NCBI GenBank assembly: GCA_964247055.1
Contig: OZ176057.1
Coordinates: forward strand, 4,836,001 to 4,900,000
Direction: 5' to 3'
Length of the DNA stretch: 64,000 nt
From: Paragordius varius
Taxonomy: Eukaryota; Animalia; Nematomorpha
Numbering within the stretch: position 1 is the first letter of the stretch; each line of letters begins with the position of its first letter. The position numbers and the translations under genes are program-made. Under the pieces are notes generated by a model. That model was not told where the DNA came from and searched no databases. It worked only from the letters and a program-made list of their open reading frames with translations. This document shows positions 26,445 through 39,100 of the stretch, piece by piece.

Positions 26445-29400
26445 GTAACCCACTGGCACCTGAAATCTTACGGTTATACAGTGAAAATAATGGGACAACC
26501 AAACTTTTAACACATTTGTTGGATAATTTGATGGCACTAACTTATCCAAAAGCATTTTCTTTAACCACACGTCATGTTATTGGACCATCATCCACGCTGT
26601 TAATTAACAACAATATTAACAAAAATGAAAATGATAATATTTCTTCCATTATAGAATCCGATAAAATTGGTATAATACATATCATTTACCCTTCAAATTC
26701 ACCCTTGAACTATTTAAATTTACCCTTGAACGATTCAAATTTATCCTTGAATAATTTAAATTTACCATTGAATAATCCAAATTCACCCCTGAACTATTCA
26801 AATTTATCCTTAAACAATTTAAATTGACTTTTGAACGATTCAAATTCACCCTAAAATAGCATATGAGTTTTCTAAAGTTAAAATAATTACCTAATTTTTT
26901 TATAGTTTTGAATAAATGAAATTTGTTTAAAATTAGTATAATAGTGAAAAAAATAATAAACTATGTTAGTTAATGAGATAAGCCCGAAAACAAGGTTATG
27001 AATTTGAATAGTTCAAGGGTGAATTAGGATTGTAAATGATATATATAAATTGAGAAGCTTGATTAAAATTTATGAATTTTATTAAATGTTAAAGGTATAA
27101 AATTATTATTTTTTAATTATCAAAATTTATATGGGCTTTTAGTGTTGAATTTTAAAGAAGGGATTTTTTGATAAAATTATTGTTAGAAACATTGAAATTA
27201 TGAAACAAGACGACAAGGTTAGATTTTAGTATTGAAGTTTATTTGAGCGATTTGAGTTGATAATCAAATTTTAGTAAAATCATTGGTTTATTCTTATGAA
27301 TTTATGTGTCGGTGTCACTTTATAAAATTTAATTACACTGGACAACAAATTTTTCTGCCACTTAAGTTTTTTGCATTTTCTGATATTTAGTATCATTCTA
27401 ACAGTAAATCTGAAATAAAAATTATAACCCGATGAAAGAATTTTGTATAATTTAATTTTTTTGATTATGCGCCCTCTTTATCAAAATTTTACTAAAAAAT
27501 GTTTTTCTTTGAAAATATACAAGTAATGCCCATTTGTAATATATCATTCGAAAGAGTAATAAAAACTCTATAAAAATAATAATATGTATTACATCGACAG
27601 TTAATATTGGACACAAAGAGCGACAAACGCGCGAAGCGAGAGCACTTTTTTTAATTATTATATTTTTAAAACTAATGGATGAAAATAGCTCAAACTTTGT
27701 TTAGATGGTGATGAATGTCCTAAAAAGATAACACAAGAAAGTTTTTTTGATTAAAACATTTTTTTATTGCATTTATATCACTCAAAACAGCCATTTTCAA
27801 GTTTTTTGTTTTTTAAAAATTACCATCTCATCAATATTAATTTATTTTCTTTACGAGGCTGATAATTTCGAAATTTTAAAGATAAAAACAAAGTTAAAGG
27901 TATTTTTGATCTTTTATAGCTATTATGTAATAAATTTACAGTTATAACTATGCATTTTAGTAGCCACTAGGTAAAATATTTATGATAATAATAATTTTTA
28001 TTAAAAAAGCAAACCAAAAGCTTTTTCAAACATTTTTTTTAAATTAAATACTAATATAACCCTAATAATTATATTAAAATAATTTATATGATTTTCAAAT
28101 TTGTTTGTCTGTGAAAATTCTTGACTTATTTAAGGATTGAAAATTTCGATCATTTAAATATAAATAACTTTTACATCCGATTGATTTAAATGACTTACTA
28201 CCATTTAAAAGATGCAGTTTTTTGCGCTCTTTCGAATGATATAAAATACATGGCTACATATCTAAAACTTTTAATTTTCGAAATTTCGAGTTTAATGTTA
28301 AATCGGGGCCAAAATTATCGATAAACTCTAATATAAAAAAATTCTTGCATGCTAGACCAATTTTCTTTTCAGATATACCAATTATGTACTTTAATAAAAT
28401 AAATTTTAAATTTACAAGAATGGCAGTTAAAAAAAGTTAAAATTTGTTGTCTAGTGTTATCAAAACTTTTACTTGATATAAAGTTTTTGGTGTATTGGTT
28501 TTCAAATTAGTTTATATGTCATTTGTTGATTTATTAAGTGTTTATAAATAAATTTTAAAGTATAAATTCAACAATTTATTGAAAAAATGGATATTTTAGT
28601 CCGTTATACATATAACTAAAAAATTATTTTGTGCTGCCTGCAATAAAAACCATTAATTATATTTAGATTTTAACGAAAAAAAACGATATATATATATACC
28701 ATTTTTTCAAATTCACCCTCGAAAAATTCAAATTTACCCTAAAAATAAATTGTTTTTTTGGGCGGCTAATATAACTCATCATAAAATATATGGCATAGTT
28801 TATTATTTTTTGACTCTTATATTAATATCAAACGAAATTTCATTTTTTTTAAAAAATATACAAAAATATAGGTAAATTTTAATAAAAAACACATAATTTA
28901 TTTTAGCGTCAATTTGAATTGTTCAAGGGTATATTGAATTGTTTAAGGGTGAATTTGAATTGTTCCACTGTGAATATAACTGTTTAAGGGTAAATTTGAC
29001 TTACTCGAGGGTGAATTTACTGTTTAAGGGTAAATTCGAATTGTTTAAGGCTGAATTTAAAATTTTAAATGGTATATTACTACATTTACTAGAAAATACG
29101 AATGTTAACACACCATCTCAAGAAGATAACACAGAAATAACGAACAGAATTGATAATAAAATTACAAATTTGTCTGAAAATATCGTTATTGATAAAATAA
29201 AAACTCTTGATGATAAATTTGAACCACAAGAGGAAGAATTGGATGATCCTATGCCTAAGCGAAAATTTATACCTATCCGTGAAATTAAAACTCAATTACA
29301 CTTGGAACAGAAAAAACATTTGAGGACAGCAGGCAAAAAGATGAATGATCCAATCAATATGTTGTATTCTGATGAAGGTATTCATATTTAAAATCTTTTA

Positions 29401-30147
29401 AATGTGGTAATATTTGTACTTATGTTTAAATTTTGGATTATCATTAAATTATTTTTGTCAAAAATAGACGAAGGTGAAAATGGAATTTAAAAATGTATAA
29501 CAAAATGTAATTATGATTGTGAAAACTAATATAACGTGTTATTTTAATTTACGTCTTTTTGCAATATATATATATATATATATATATAATTAAGGTTAAA
29601 AATATGGTGGGTACTTTAAAAAGTTAGTTTTTGAGATTTTATATTTTTTCCCTCAAATTTTAGTTTCGGAATGATTTTAAAATAGTTGCTATACGTACCT
29701 TTAATCATAACAAAATTATGGTTTTTTGAATAAATCAATGATAAATATAAAAAAATTTAAAATTGTGTGTTTTATGTAACTGTGTTGCATTGTTTAAACC
29801 TTTTACTGTATATGCATATCCTTAAGTATAATTGTGATATTTATTATATTATATATATACAGTAAAAACTGAAATTATACAGACAGAACGTAAAAATATA
29901 ACGACAAATATATTTTTCAAAAGACTACCATACTTTTTCACACCTTTATTTATCCTATCGCCCACGTTTAACCTGGTATATATATATATATTAAAATAAA
30001 TGTTAAAAATAAACTTTATAATTATATTTTTTCATTTTTTATCATTTTAGAAGATTATAATATGGATAATATGGGGAATAATGCAAAAGTATGGTTGTTT
30101 TTTAGAAAAAAAAAACTTTATATTTTTACATTTTGTCCGTATAATTT

Positions 30148-30196
<49 letters not shown>

Positions 30197-33100
30197 AAAA
30201 TTTAAATAAAATGTTAAAAATGAACTTTATAAATATATTTTTTTCATTTTATATCATTTTAGAAGAAAATAATATGGATAATACACCTATTACAATGGAA
30301 AATTTGGGTGGATCTTACGAATACGGTTTAAATAGTACCGAAGATTTTTATGCCAGTGGTCGCATGAATTATTTCAATAATATTACAACTATGAATGTTT
30401 CTGGCAAAGGTATTTTATTTCATTTTTTGTTTTATTAGTTATTTATGATTGGTTTTGGGTTTATAAGGTCTTTTTACAGTGAAATATGAAATTGTAAAAA
30501 CAAAACTATGTATTATGAAATTTTTGAAAGAAAACTACCTTTTTGAGTCTCGATTTTTCTATAATGATTTTTTACTGTAAGGATTTTATTTTTATGAGGT
30601 TAATAACGATTTTTTCAGCCTAAATGCAACCATTTTACAATGATAAAACATGATAAATATATTTTTGCAAAAAATTAGTTATTTTTTTTATAAAAATATA
30701 GCGAAAAAATTGTCCTTTTATTTTTTTACGTTTTGTCCGTATAATTCCAATTTTTACTGTAATTTTTATATTCTGTCCCTATAATTCAAATTTTTATTAA
30801 GTTAATAATGATTTTTTCTTATACGATTATTTGACAGTGGTAAAACGTCAAATTATTAATACAAAAACTATTAAAGACAGACATATTTTTTTTAAAAAAA
30901 ATATCACCATATACCTTTTAAAAACCTAAATTTTTTCGCACATTTAACTACATAATTGCTGAGTGTGTATAAAATTTAAATCTTTATCCTCTCTATTTAA
31001 TTACAAAGGATAATTTTTTTTTAAAAAAAACATGGAAGTGTTTATAAAAGTATAGTTTCCCATTTTTAAAAAATTTTTTTGTTTTTAGATTGTGATAATA
31101 AAATTTCCAATGTTGAAGCAACCACTATGAATTCAGGCCAAACGATTGAAACTAATAAAAATTTGACATCAAATTTAAACCCAAATCTAAATAGCAATTT
31201 AGATTTTTTTAGTTCACCCTTTGAGGAAGACACGTCAAGTTCTGAATATTCCAAAAACACTTCCGATGATGAATCCTTAAAGTAAAAGTTAAAATTTTTG
31301 ATTGATGATTGATACCATTTACAATTTAAATTTACCCTTGAATAATTTAAATTCACCTTTGCACAATTTAAAATTCACCCTCGAACAATTCAAATTTTAC
31401 CCTAAAATAAATTATGTCTCTTTTTAAGATTAAAAATCATTTATATTTTTCATAATTTTAATAAAGATGAAATTTTGTATAAAATTAACAGAATACTGGA
31501 AAAAAATAATAAACTATGATATAAAGATATTCATATTAATGATGAGTTATAATAGTTCGAAAACACATATGAATTTGATGTGTTTGAAGGTAAATTTGAA
31601 TTGTTCAAGGGTGAATTTAAATTGTTTAAGGGTATATTTGAATTGTTTAAAATAAATTTAAAATTAAGGGTATATTTAATTTGTTTAAGGGTGAATTTGA
31701 TGTTCAGGGTGAAATTAAATTGTTTAAGATAGAATTTGAACTGTAAATGGTATATATAATGAATGAAATGTATTTTTTTACATTCGACAAAAATTACTTT
31801 TAATACTACTAATCGAAAATTTATGTCCTTAATATATTAATTCAATGATTATTGTTGAATTTAAATTGTGTTCCCATTTTAATATATATTTTTGTATGTA
31901 AAAAGATAAGCTTATTTTTTTCAATAAATACCTTATATTATTTTGTATATATCCTGAGAAATATGGATTCTAAATATTTAAATTGTTAACACGCTTATTT
32001 TATATATTTCTTAACTTTAATAAGTAATTTTTAGTTTAATGGAATACTTATTGTGTATAAATTATTTTATCATTTATAATATATTTTTTGGGTTTTTAGA
32101 TTTGAAAATGGAAAAAATATGGTTGGTAATATCAAAGATAACTCAACTCCAAAATCACAAGAAGGAAAACAAAGTTGGCTCATATTTAACATTATATTAT
32201 ATCCTAAATTAATTTTGTTTTAGGCGTATATTTTTAAAAAGTTTTATTAAGGCACAAAATATGGTGTAATGTAAAATCTTATATTTGCGTATAAAAAGCA
32301 ATTTGAAAAAAAGTTAAATTTTTTATTCTCTGAGTTATGTTGTTAATTAGTGTTATGTTTATATATGGATTTTTGTTACAATCCTTAAAAAATTAAGGGC
32401 ATAAAAATATGATCAACCTAAAAAATCTGTTTTTTCTTTATATTACGCGGCATTTTATTGTATAAAAATACCGTTTTTTCACAAAGTAATGACTTTGTGT
32501 ATTTCAAAACAAAAATGGATTTCTTTAAGTATTTTAGGCATCATTGCTTTACCGTTAATTTTGCGAAAAATAGGTTTTTTTTTGTGAACATTTAAAACAA
32601 TATATTTGTTTTTATTTCTGGAAAAAAGTAAATCTTTTTTTAATTTTGTTCCTAATCTTGTAAAAAGTTAAATAAATGCAATCAAAAATTAGATATTTAT
32701 TAAATATATTAACTATTTATTTATACGCGTTTTTGCCATTTATTTTAACTTCTTGATGTATTATTATGCTTTTTTGACTCAAAAAATTAGTATTACGCAT
32801 TATCTTTGGATTATCTAAAATACCTCAAGGGGGGTAGTTTAAGTCTTTGCTGGTTGCATTCACAAAATATATATGGGTTTTAAAATTATGGAGTATTAGA
32901 TTTTTAACAACATAAGCAGTCTGTAAAAAATTAAATTATTATGATTTGTTTTTCATTTTTGGCTAGTTCATTGTCTAAATTCGGACAAAAAGCTATTATT
33001 TAAAAAATTTGTTCGTTTCGAGAAAATTAATTTTTTTCCTTAGATTTCGTAAAATTTTTCGGAGTTTTTGTTTACGCTGAACACCCCTAATTTAATAAAC

Positions 33101-36100
33101 TGTATTTCAAATAAACTTGAATCTTCACATTTTTAATGGTCTTTAATTTTTTTATTTCAATTACTTTTTTTTCTGACCAAATATAGAAGGCAGAAACAGT
33201 AAATTCGAAAAACGCAATCACTCTGAATTTAGCCTAATGTGTTACAATATACTATGTGATAAATATGCAACACGTCAACTCTATTCATACTGTCCCACAT
33301 GGGCTCTATCCTGGAATTATAGGTATAATAATTTTATTATTTACACTTCAATTTTACCCCCTTAAACAGTTTAAATTCACCCTATAAAATAAATTATTAT
33401 GTGTTTTTTAAGATTAAAAGATTACCAAATTTTTTGAGTTTTTTTGTTTAAAAATATAAAAATAGTAACAATGATATATTTTGTATTAATGGTGATTAGT
33501 TATATTAGCCCGAAAACACAGAGTTTATTTTTAGGGTAAATTAGAATTGTAAATGGTATTTATATATATTATATATATATAGGTTAAAAATTGAAATTAT
33601 ATAGACAAATATGTAAAAATATGAAGATTTAAAAAAAATTAAAAAGAACTAATATTTTGTAAAAAAAATTAAATATACGTTATAATCTTTGCGAATTACA
33701 AAAACAGGAGTGATAGAGATGGAAAATGGTACTTTAATTAATTTATTCTAATAATAATCAAAAAGAATAAAAAAGTATTAATAAATAATTAACTTCTAGT
33801 TTTAATAAACTATTTAAAACATATTTTTGGTGTTGCTTTGAGTTTATAAAATATAATTGGCAATATACTATTTTTTGGTTGATATGTTAAAAGATAGTAT
33901 GATAATTATTTATTCAAAATTTAATACATAACTATTAGTGGGTAAAAAAACTGTTAAATTATTTACAGTAAAAAATGAAATATAAATGGACAAAACGTAA
34001 CAATATAAAAGAAAATAATTTTTTTAAAAGACAATTCCATTCTTACTTAAACCTTAATTTTTCTTAATTTAATAACAATTGTAAAATAAATTTATTGTTT
34101 ACCATAATACATCTTTATATCATACCTTGCAATTCGACCAATCATATATATTTAAAAAAATCAAAGTTTATTATGTATGGTTGTCATTTAAAAAATAATA
34201 ATTTGTCTTTATATTTTTACGTTTTCCGCATAATTTTAATTTTTATTCTAATAAGTCTGATTTTTTACTGACTTTTTTTTTAAAAAATAAGTCTATTTAT
34301 TAGCTATAATAAAAAGCCGAAAAAATGTTTTCTTATCAAATATTTCCAAACTAATTTCATTTATATAAAATTTTGGCCTAACACCTTAAAATTTAATTTA
34401 ACTATCATTAATATATATAAATCATTTACAATTCGAATTCGTCCTTGAAAAATTTAAAATCACGCTAAAAATAAATTGTGTCGGGCTATATCATTAATAT
34501 AGAATATATTATTATGGCATAGTTTATTATTTTTTCACACTTAATTTATTTTAGGGTTGATTTTGACCTTTAAATCGTATATATTTTTATTTATTCTAGA
34601 AAACATAAAATATTGTCTGAAATATTAACGCTTAAACCAGACATTGTATGCCTTCAAGAAGTTGAAACAGAACAATTTAGCGATTTTTTCCAGCCTGGAC
34701 TTCGCCATTTGGGTAAAACCCAAGGAGGTTGGTTTTTTTTTGTTTTTTTGTGATAAGATTTATAATTTTATTTTACTAGAAAAAATTATTTTCTTTTGCT
34801 TGCATTTTATTAAAATATATATTTTTTAAATAGATCATTTTGAAAAATATATCTTTATTGGACTTTTCAATATTTTATTATACTTAAATTGCGACAAAAT
34901 TTTTATTTGTTAAAGTTAACTTTTGAAGGTATAAATACTTCATTTGGGGGAAAAGGAAATGAAAATTTAAGAAATACCCTTATTTTTCTTTTATCCATTA
35001 GCATTAAAATGCTTAAAAACGTTTTTTATGTGCGACATTTGGTTTTGTTAAAATTATTTTAGCTTAAATCTTTTTTTTTCTATATCTAAGAATTTTTTTT
35101 TAAAAAAAGCTATAAATAATAAAATATAACTTAACTTAATATTTTTCAGCATAAATATGCCAAAAAAAAATTTTTATGCGAAAATCATAAAAAAGAAAAA
35201 ATTACAGTAAAAACTGAAGCTATATGTGGACAAAACGTATAAAATAAAAAGACAAATTTTTTTTAATTTAAACCACTTGTCTTTAGAACAATGATTTCTT
35301 TGAAATGTAACTTATTCCATTATATAATGTAATAATTTATTTATACCTTAATGTCGGAAAAATCAACGTGTTAAGTATCATTCTATTTAAAAAATATATT
35401 TGTCTTTTCTTGTCTGCATAATTTTAAATTTTTTTCCTTTTTTTTTCTTATAGATGGGTATGATGGTATTTTTGCTCCCAAAAGTCGTGCGAAAACTATG
35501 CGACAAGTAATTATAAAATTACTTTAACTATAAATAACACTACTCAACAAGGTTTTGCACCACCCCATTATTTTTGCATTTTCTAATACCTAATGGCATG
35601 GAAAGGCCAAAACAAAAAAGAAAATTAAGGCGACCAATAAGATTTTTCCGAAATTTAATTTTTAAATTTGTATTTAATTCAAAAATAACAATCATTCCTC
35701 GTGTACATATGTTTAAATATTCAAACGAACAAGTCAATACAAGTAATATTCCATGCATGAATAACAAAATTCTAGGCATTAAATAAAATACTTAACAAGC
35801 TAAGAGCCAAAGTATTAAAAATCTAAAAGGGGCTTATGTATAGTGTGATAGATCCGGGCGGCTGCACAAGCTCTGCATATTCCCCAAGCGATCCAATTAT
35901 GCCAGATATGGCAAAAATAACAATAAGTAATCGTAAAGCCCGATAAGAGAGACTTGCAAGCAAAATCCAGGCAAATTGACATGTCAAATTAACCAATTCA
36001 CAGAATAAAGTTAGATAAATTCTACAATTAAATTAAATAAAAAGATAGGTAAATACAAATGGTCCAATCCCATAATAGTAAATTCTACTAAAAGTGGCTA

Positions 36101-39100
36101 CACAACATTCATTTGAAATTAAAAATACAAAACAACCAATAATTTTAAAAAATAAAGTATATCCACTAGGTATAAATAAAGGATTTTTTGTAAGAACCAA
36201 CTCAAGAAAAAAAAGCCTAATAAGTACTCGAAAGAACGAAAACTAACAAAAAAATATAGCCTATCTGAAAGCCGAAGGTTTAAACCATAGAATGCCTTTT
36301 TTAGTATTTTTTTAAAATTTTTTTATACGTATTAAAAATTCACTTGAAAGAAAAAGACTAAATTTTGACGTTTAGGTTCGTACTATTTTTTTCTCTCTGA
36401 TATTTAAATGACATATTTATATTCAAAAGATAGAGTTTAAAACGCTTTATTAAATGATATTAAGTTTATAATATAATAACATTTTATTATAAAGTTATAT
36501 TTAATTTTCTCTCGATTTTCTCTTGTTTTTGAAAAATTGAAAAACCTATAATATTTCAAAATTCTGATTGGCGGGATCAAAAATTTTTTCACATTCGGTT
36601 TTAAAACACTGAAATTAGTCATAATTTAAAAAGTTTGAGTGGTGGTGCTTAAAAATGTCCAAATTTGTCGACTAGTGTAATTTATAATAAAGTGATATTA
36701 TTAAGTTTAAAACTATAAACCTACTCAATTTGCTTCTGCTATATTTTATTTGTCTTTGAAATTTTATTATCTTTTACTGTAGTTACCTGGCAATTTATCA
36801 AATAAAAGGTTTAAAAATTTTAATTTTTATCATAAAATATACACAATATAGGAAGGACAACCTAATATAGATGATGTGCTATATTTCTTTTATTTTTTTA
36901 CTCTGAAATTTATAAATTTACTTTGCTGTAAGTTACCTGGAAAGTTCCGATTGATAATACCGTACCATATGATATAAAACAAATTTTGTCCATTTTTAAG
37001 TATACAAATTTTATGTAAGAGTTAAGAAAAGAATTGTTGAATTTCCGTTTGTTGATTTTCTTCATACGCTACTGTGTTGCCAATCAGCCAGAAATAATGT
37101 GAAATCGCCCAGCATAAATGTGTTTATTGTATATGAATTTTTTTAATTTTACGATTGTTATCACATTAGGGGAGGAGTGACGTTACATTATTTAATTTTA
37201 AAATTTTTAAAAATTTGTGTTTATTATAAAGTTACCCAATTAGTTTTTTTAACCTAAATTTTAAGATTTACTGTAAGTGTTACTTAGAAATTTAAACCAC
37301 GAAACAATATATTTTTTTTTGCTCTCTAAATTATATAGGAGGAACGACGTTACGTAGACGGGTGTGTCATATTTTACCTTAAATTTTAAAGATTTACTGT
37401 AAGTGTTACCTAGAAGTTAAACCACGAAAATATATTTTAGTTTTTTGCCATATTAATGCTCAATTTTTTGCTCTTTATATTTAACACTTCGATTCAAATT
37501 GGGGTATCTAAATACCCCAGACTAAATATAAATTAATATTTTTAAAAAACTACTGAAGGAAACGGTCCCAATTTAAATTTATGTTTCTAGCCTAATAAAA
37601 ATTATATAAATATGCCAAAATATCTTGATAAAATTTTGTTTTGAAAAAAAAAGTTTCATCTCAAACTACTTCGACGCCATTTTTATTTTACAAAATTTTT
37701 GCAAAATATCGTCTTCATTTAATTATAGGGTAAAACTAAAGCTAATTTTTTATATAAATTACATTTAACATTGATAGAAATAAAAAAACCGGTTTATTTT
37801 ATATTATATTTTAATTTTAAAATTTGACACATGTCACGATGAGGAAATTTTTACCTTTCGGTTTTAGCTCAAAATAAGTAATATCAAGTATTTTTGAATA
37901 AAATTTTTTATATATTTCGGTTTATTAATGTTATATAAGTGCAAAATTTTGCCATGGTTTAGATTCCTTCCATACTTTTTAAGTATTTGATTTTAAACAG
38001 GCCTGGGGTATCCAACTACCCCAATTTGAATCGAAGGACTAAAATGAGTGTGTTGTATCCAAGTGTTAAAACAAAATATCGATTTTTAATCATATGTGAA
38101 TAAATAGATGGTTGTGCTATATTTTACCTTATTTCTACCTTAAATATTAAAGAGTTACTGTAAGTTACCTAGAAATTTAAACCACGAAAAAATATATTTT
38201 TGTTTTTGCCATATTAATGCTCAATTTTTTGCCCTTTATATTTTAAACAAAATATACATTATTAATCATATGTGAAGAAATAGATGGTTTGCCATATTTT
38301 ACTTTATATTTGCCCTTATATTTTAAAGATCTACTGTAATTGTTACCTTCAAATTTATACCGAAACAATATATTTTTGTTTTAGCCTTATAAATTTCAAT
38401 TTTTTGCTCTTTATATTTTAAACAAAATATACATTACTAATCATATGTGAAAATTGATGGTTATGCCATGATTTACCTTAAATTTTAAAAATCTACTGTA
38501 AATTATCTAGAAGTTTAAACCACGAAAATATATACCATTTAAAATTCTATTCACCCTTAAACAATTCAAATTCACCCTTTATATAAAAATTTTGTTTTAA
38601 TTTAAAAATAATACTAAAAAATAATAAACTATGCGCCATAAAGATATAGATCATATTTATAATGAGTTATATTAGTTCGAAAAAACATAATTTATTTTTA
38701 GGGTGAATTTGAATTGTTCAAAAATGAATTTGAATTGTTCAAGGGTGAATTTGAATCGTTCAAAGGTGAATTCGAACTGTAAATGGTATATTTGTTTTAG
38801 CAATATAATTTTCTATTTTTTGCCCTTTAAATAAAAATCAAGGAAGAGCGACGTTACGTAGACGGGTGTGCCATATTTTATCGCAGGGACCGATTTGAAT
38901 TACTCCGGACACATTTGGTGGAATTCAATCAAGTGGCTATCGCTAAAGCCGAAGGTAGTCAAAACATGTTAAATCGTGTCATGACCAAAGATAATATTGG
39001 ACTAACTGCACTGTTTCGTCGCACTAAATTAAAGACTTCGTGTGCACGTGATCAGTCCAAGTCACGTGCTATTGACCATGTTGACGATGATTGGACGAGC

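Larger units (their letters stand above)
36730..38881 (+). repeat. Degenerate tandem array whose unit is the 3' end of CCR4 intron 11 plus the first ~40 nt of exon 12
   Basis: Recurrent atagatgg/gtagacgg ... gcc/gctatattttacc ... ttactgtaag(tg)ttacctagaa ... aaaccacgaaaa ... ttttttgc(c/t)ctttata. Units near 36735, 36850, 37168, 37337, 38103, 38280 and 38455; the real boundary is at 38843. Confidence 0.8.

Noticed and set aside
26272-26570. 21-bp repeat arrays resembling CRISPR or repeat proteins (NLNCSRV / QFKFTLE ORFs)
   Set aside because: The repeats are contiguous with no unique spacers, there are no cas genes, and they are subterminal arrays of family-A MITEs. The periodic ORFs are artefacts.
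35540-36300. Hydrophobic minus-strand frames and strand skew suggesting a NUMT or nested membrane-protein gene
   Set aside because: No recognisable mitochondrial gene in either code. A decayed plus-strand integrase explains it better, though with low confidence.
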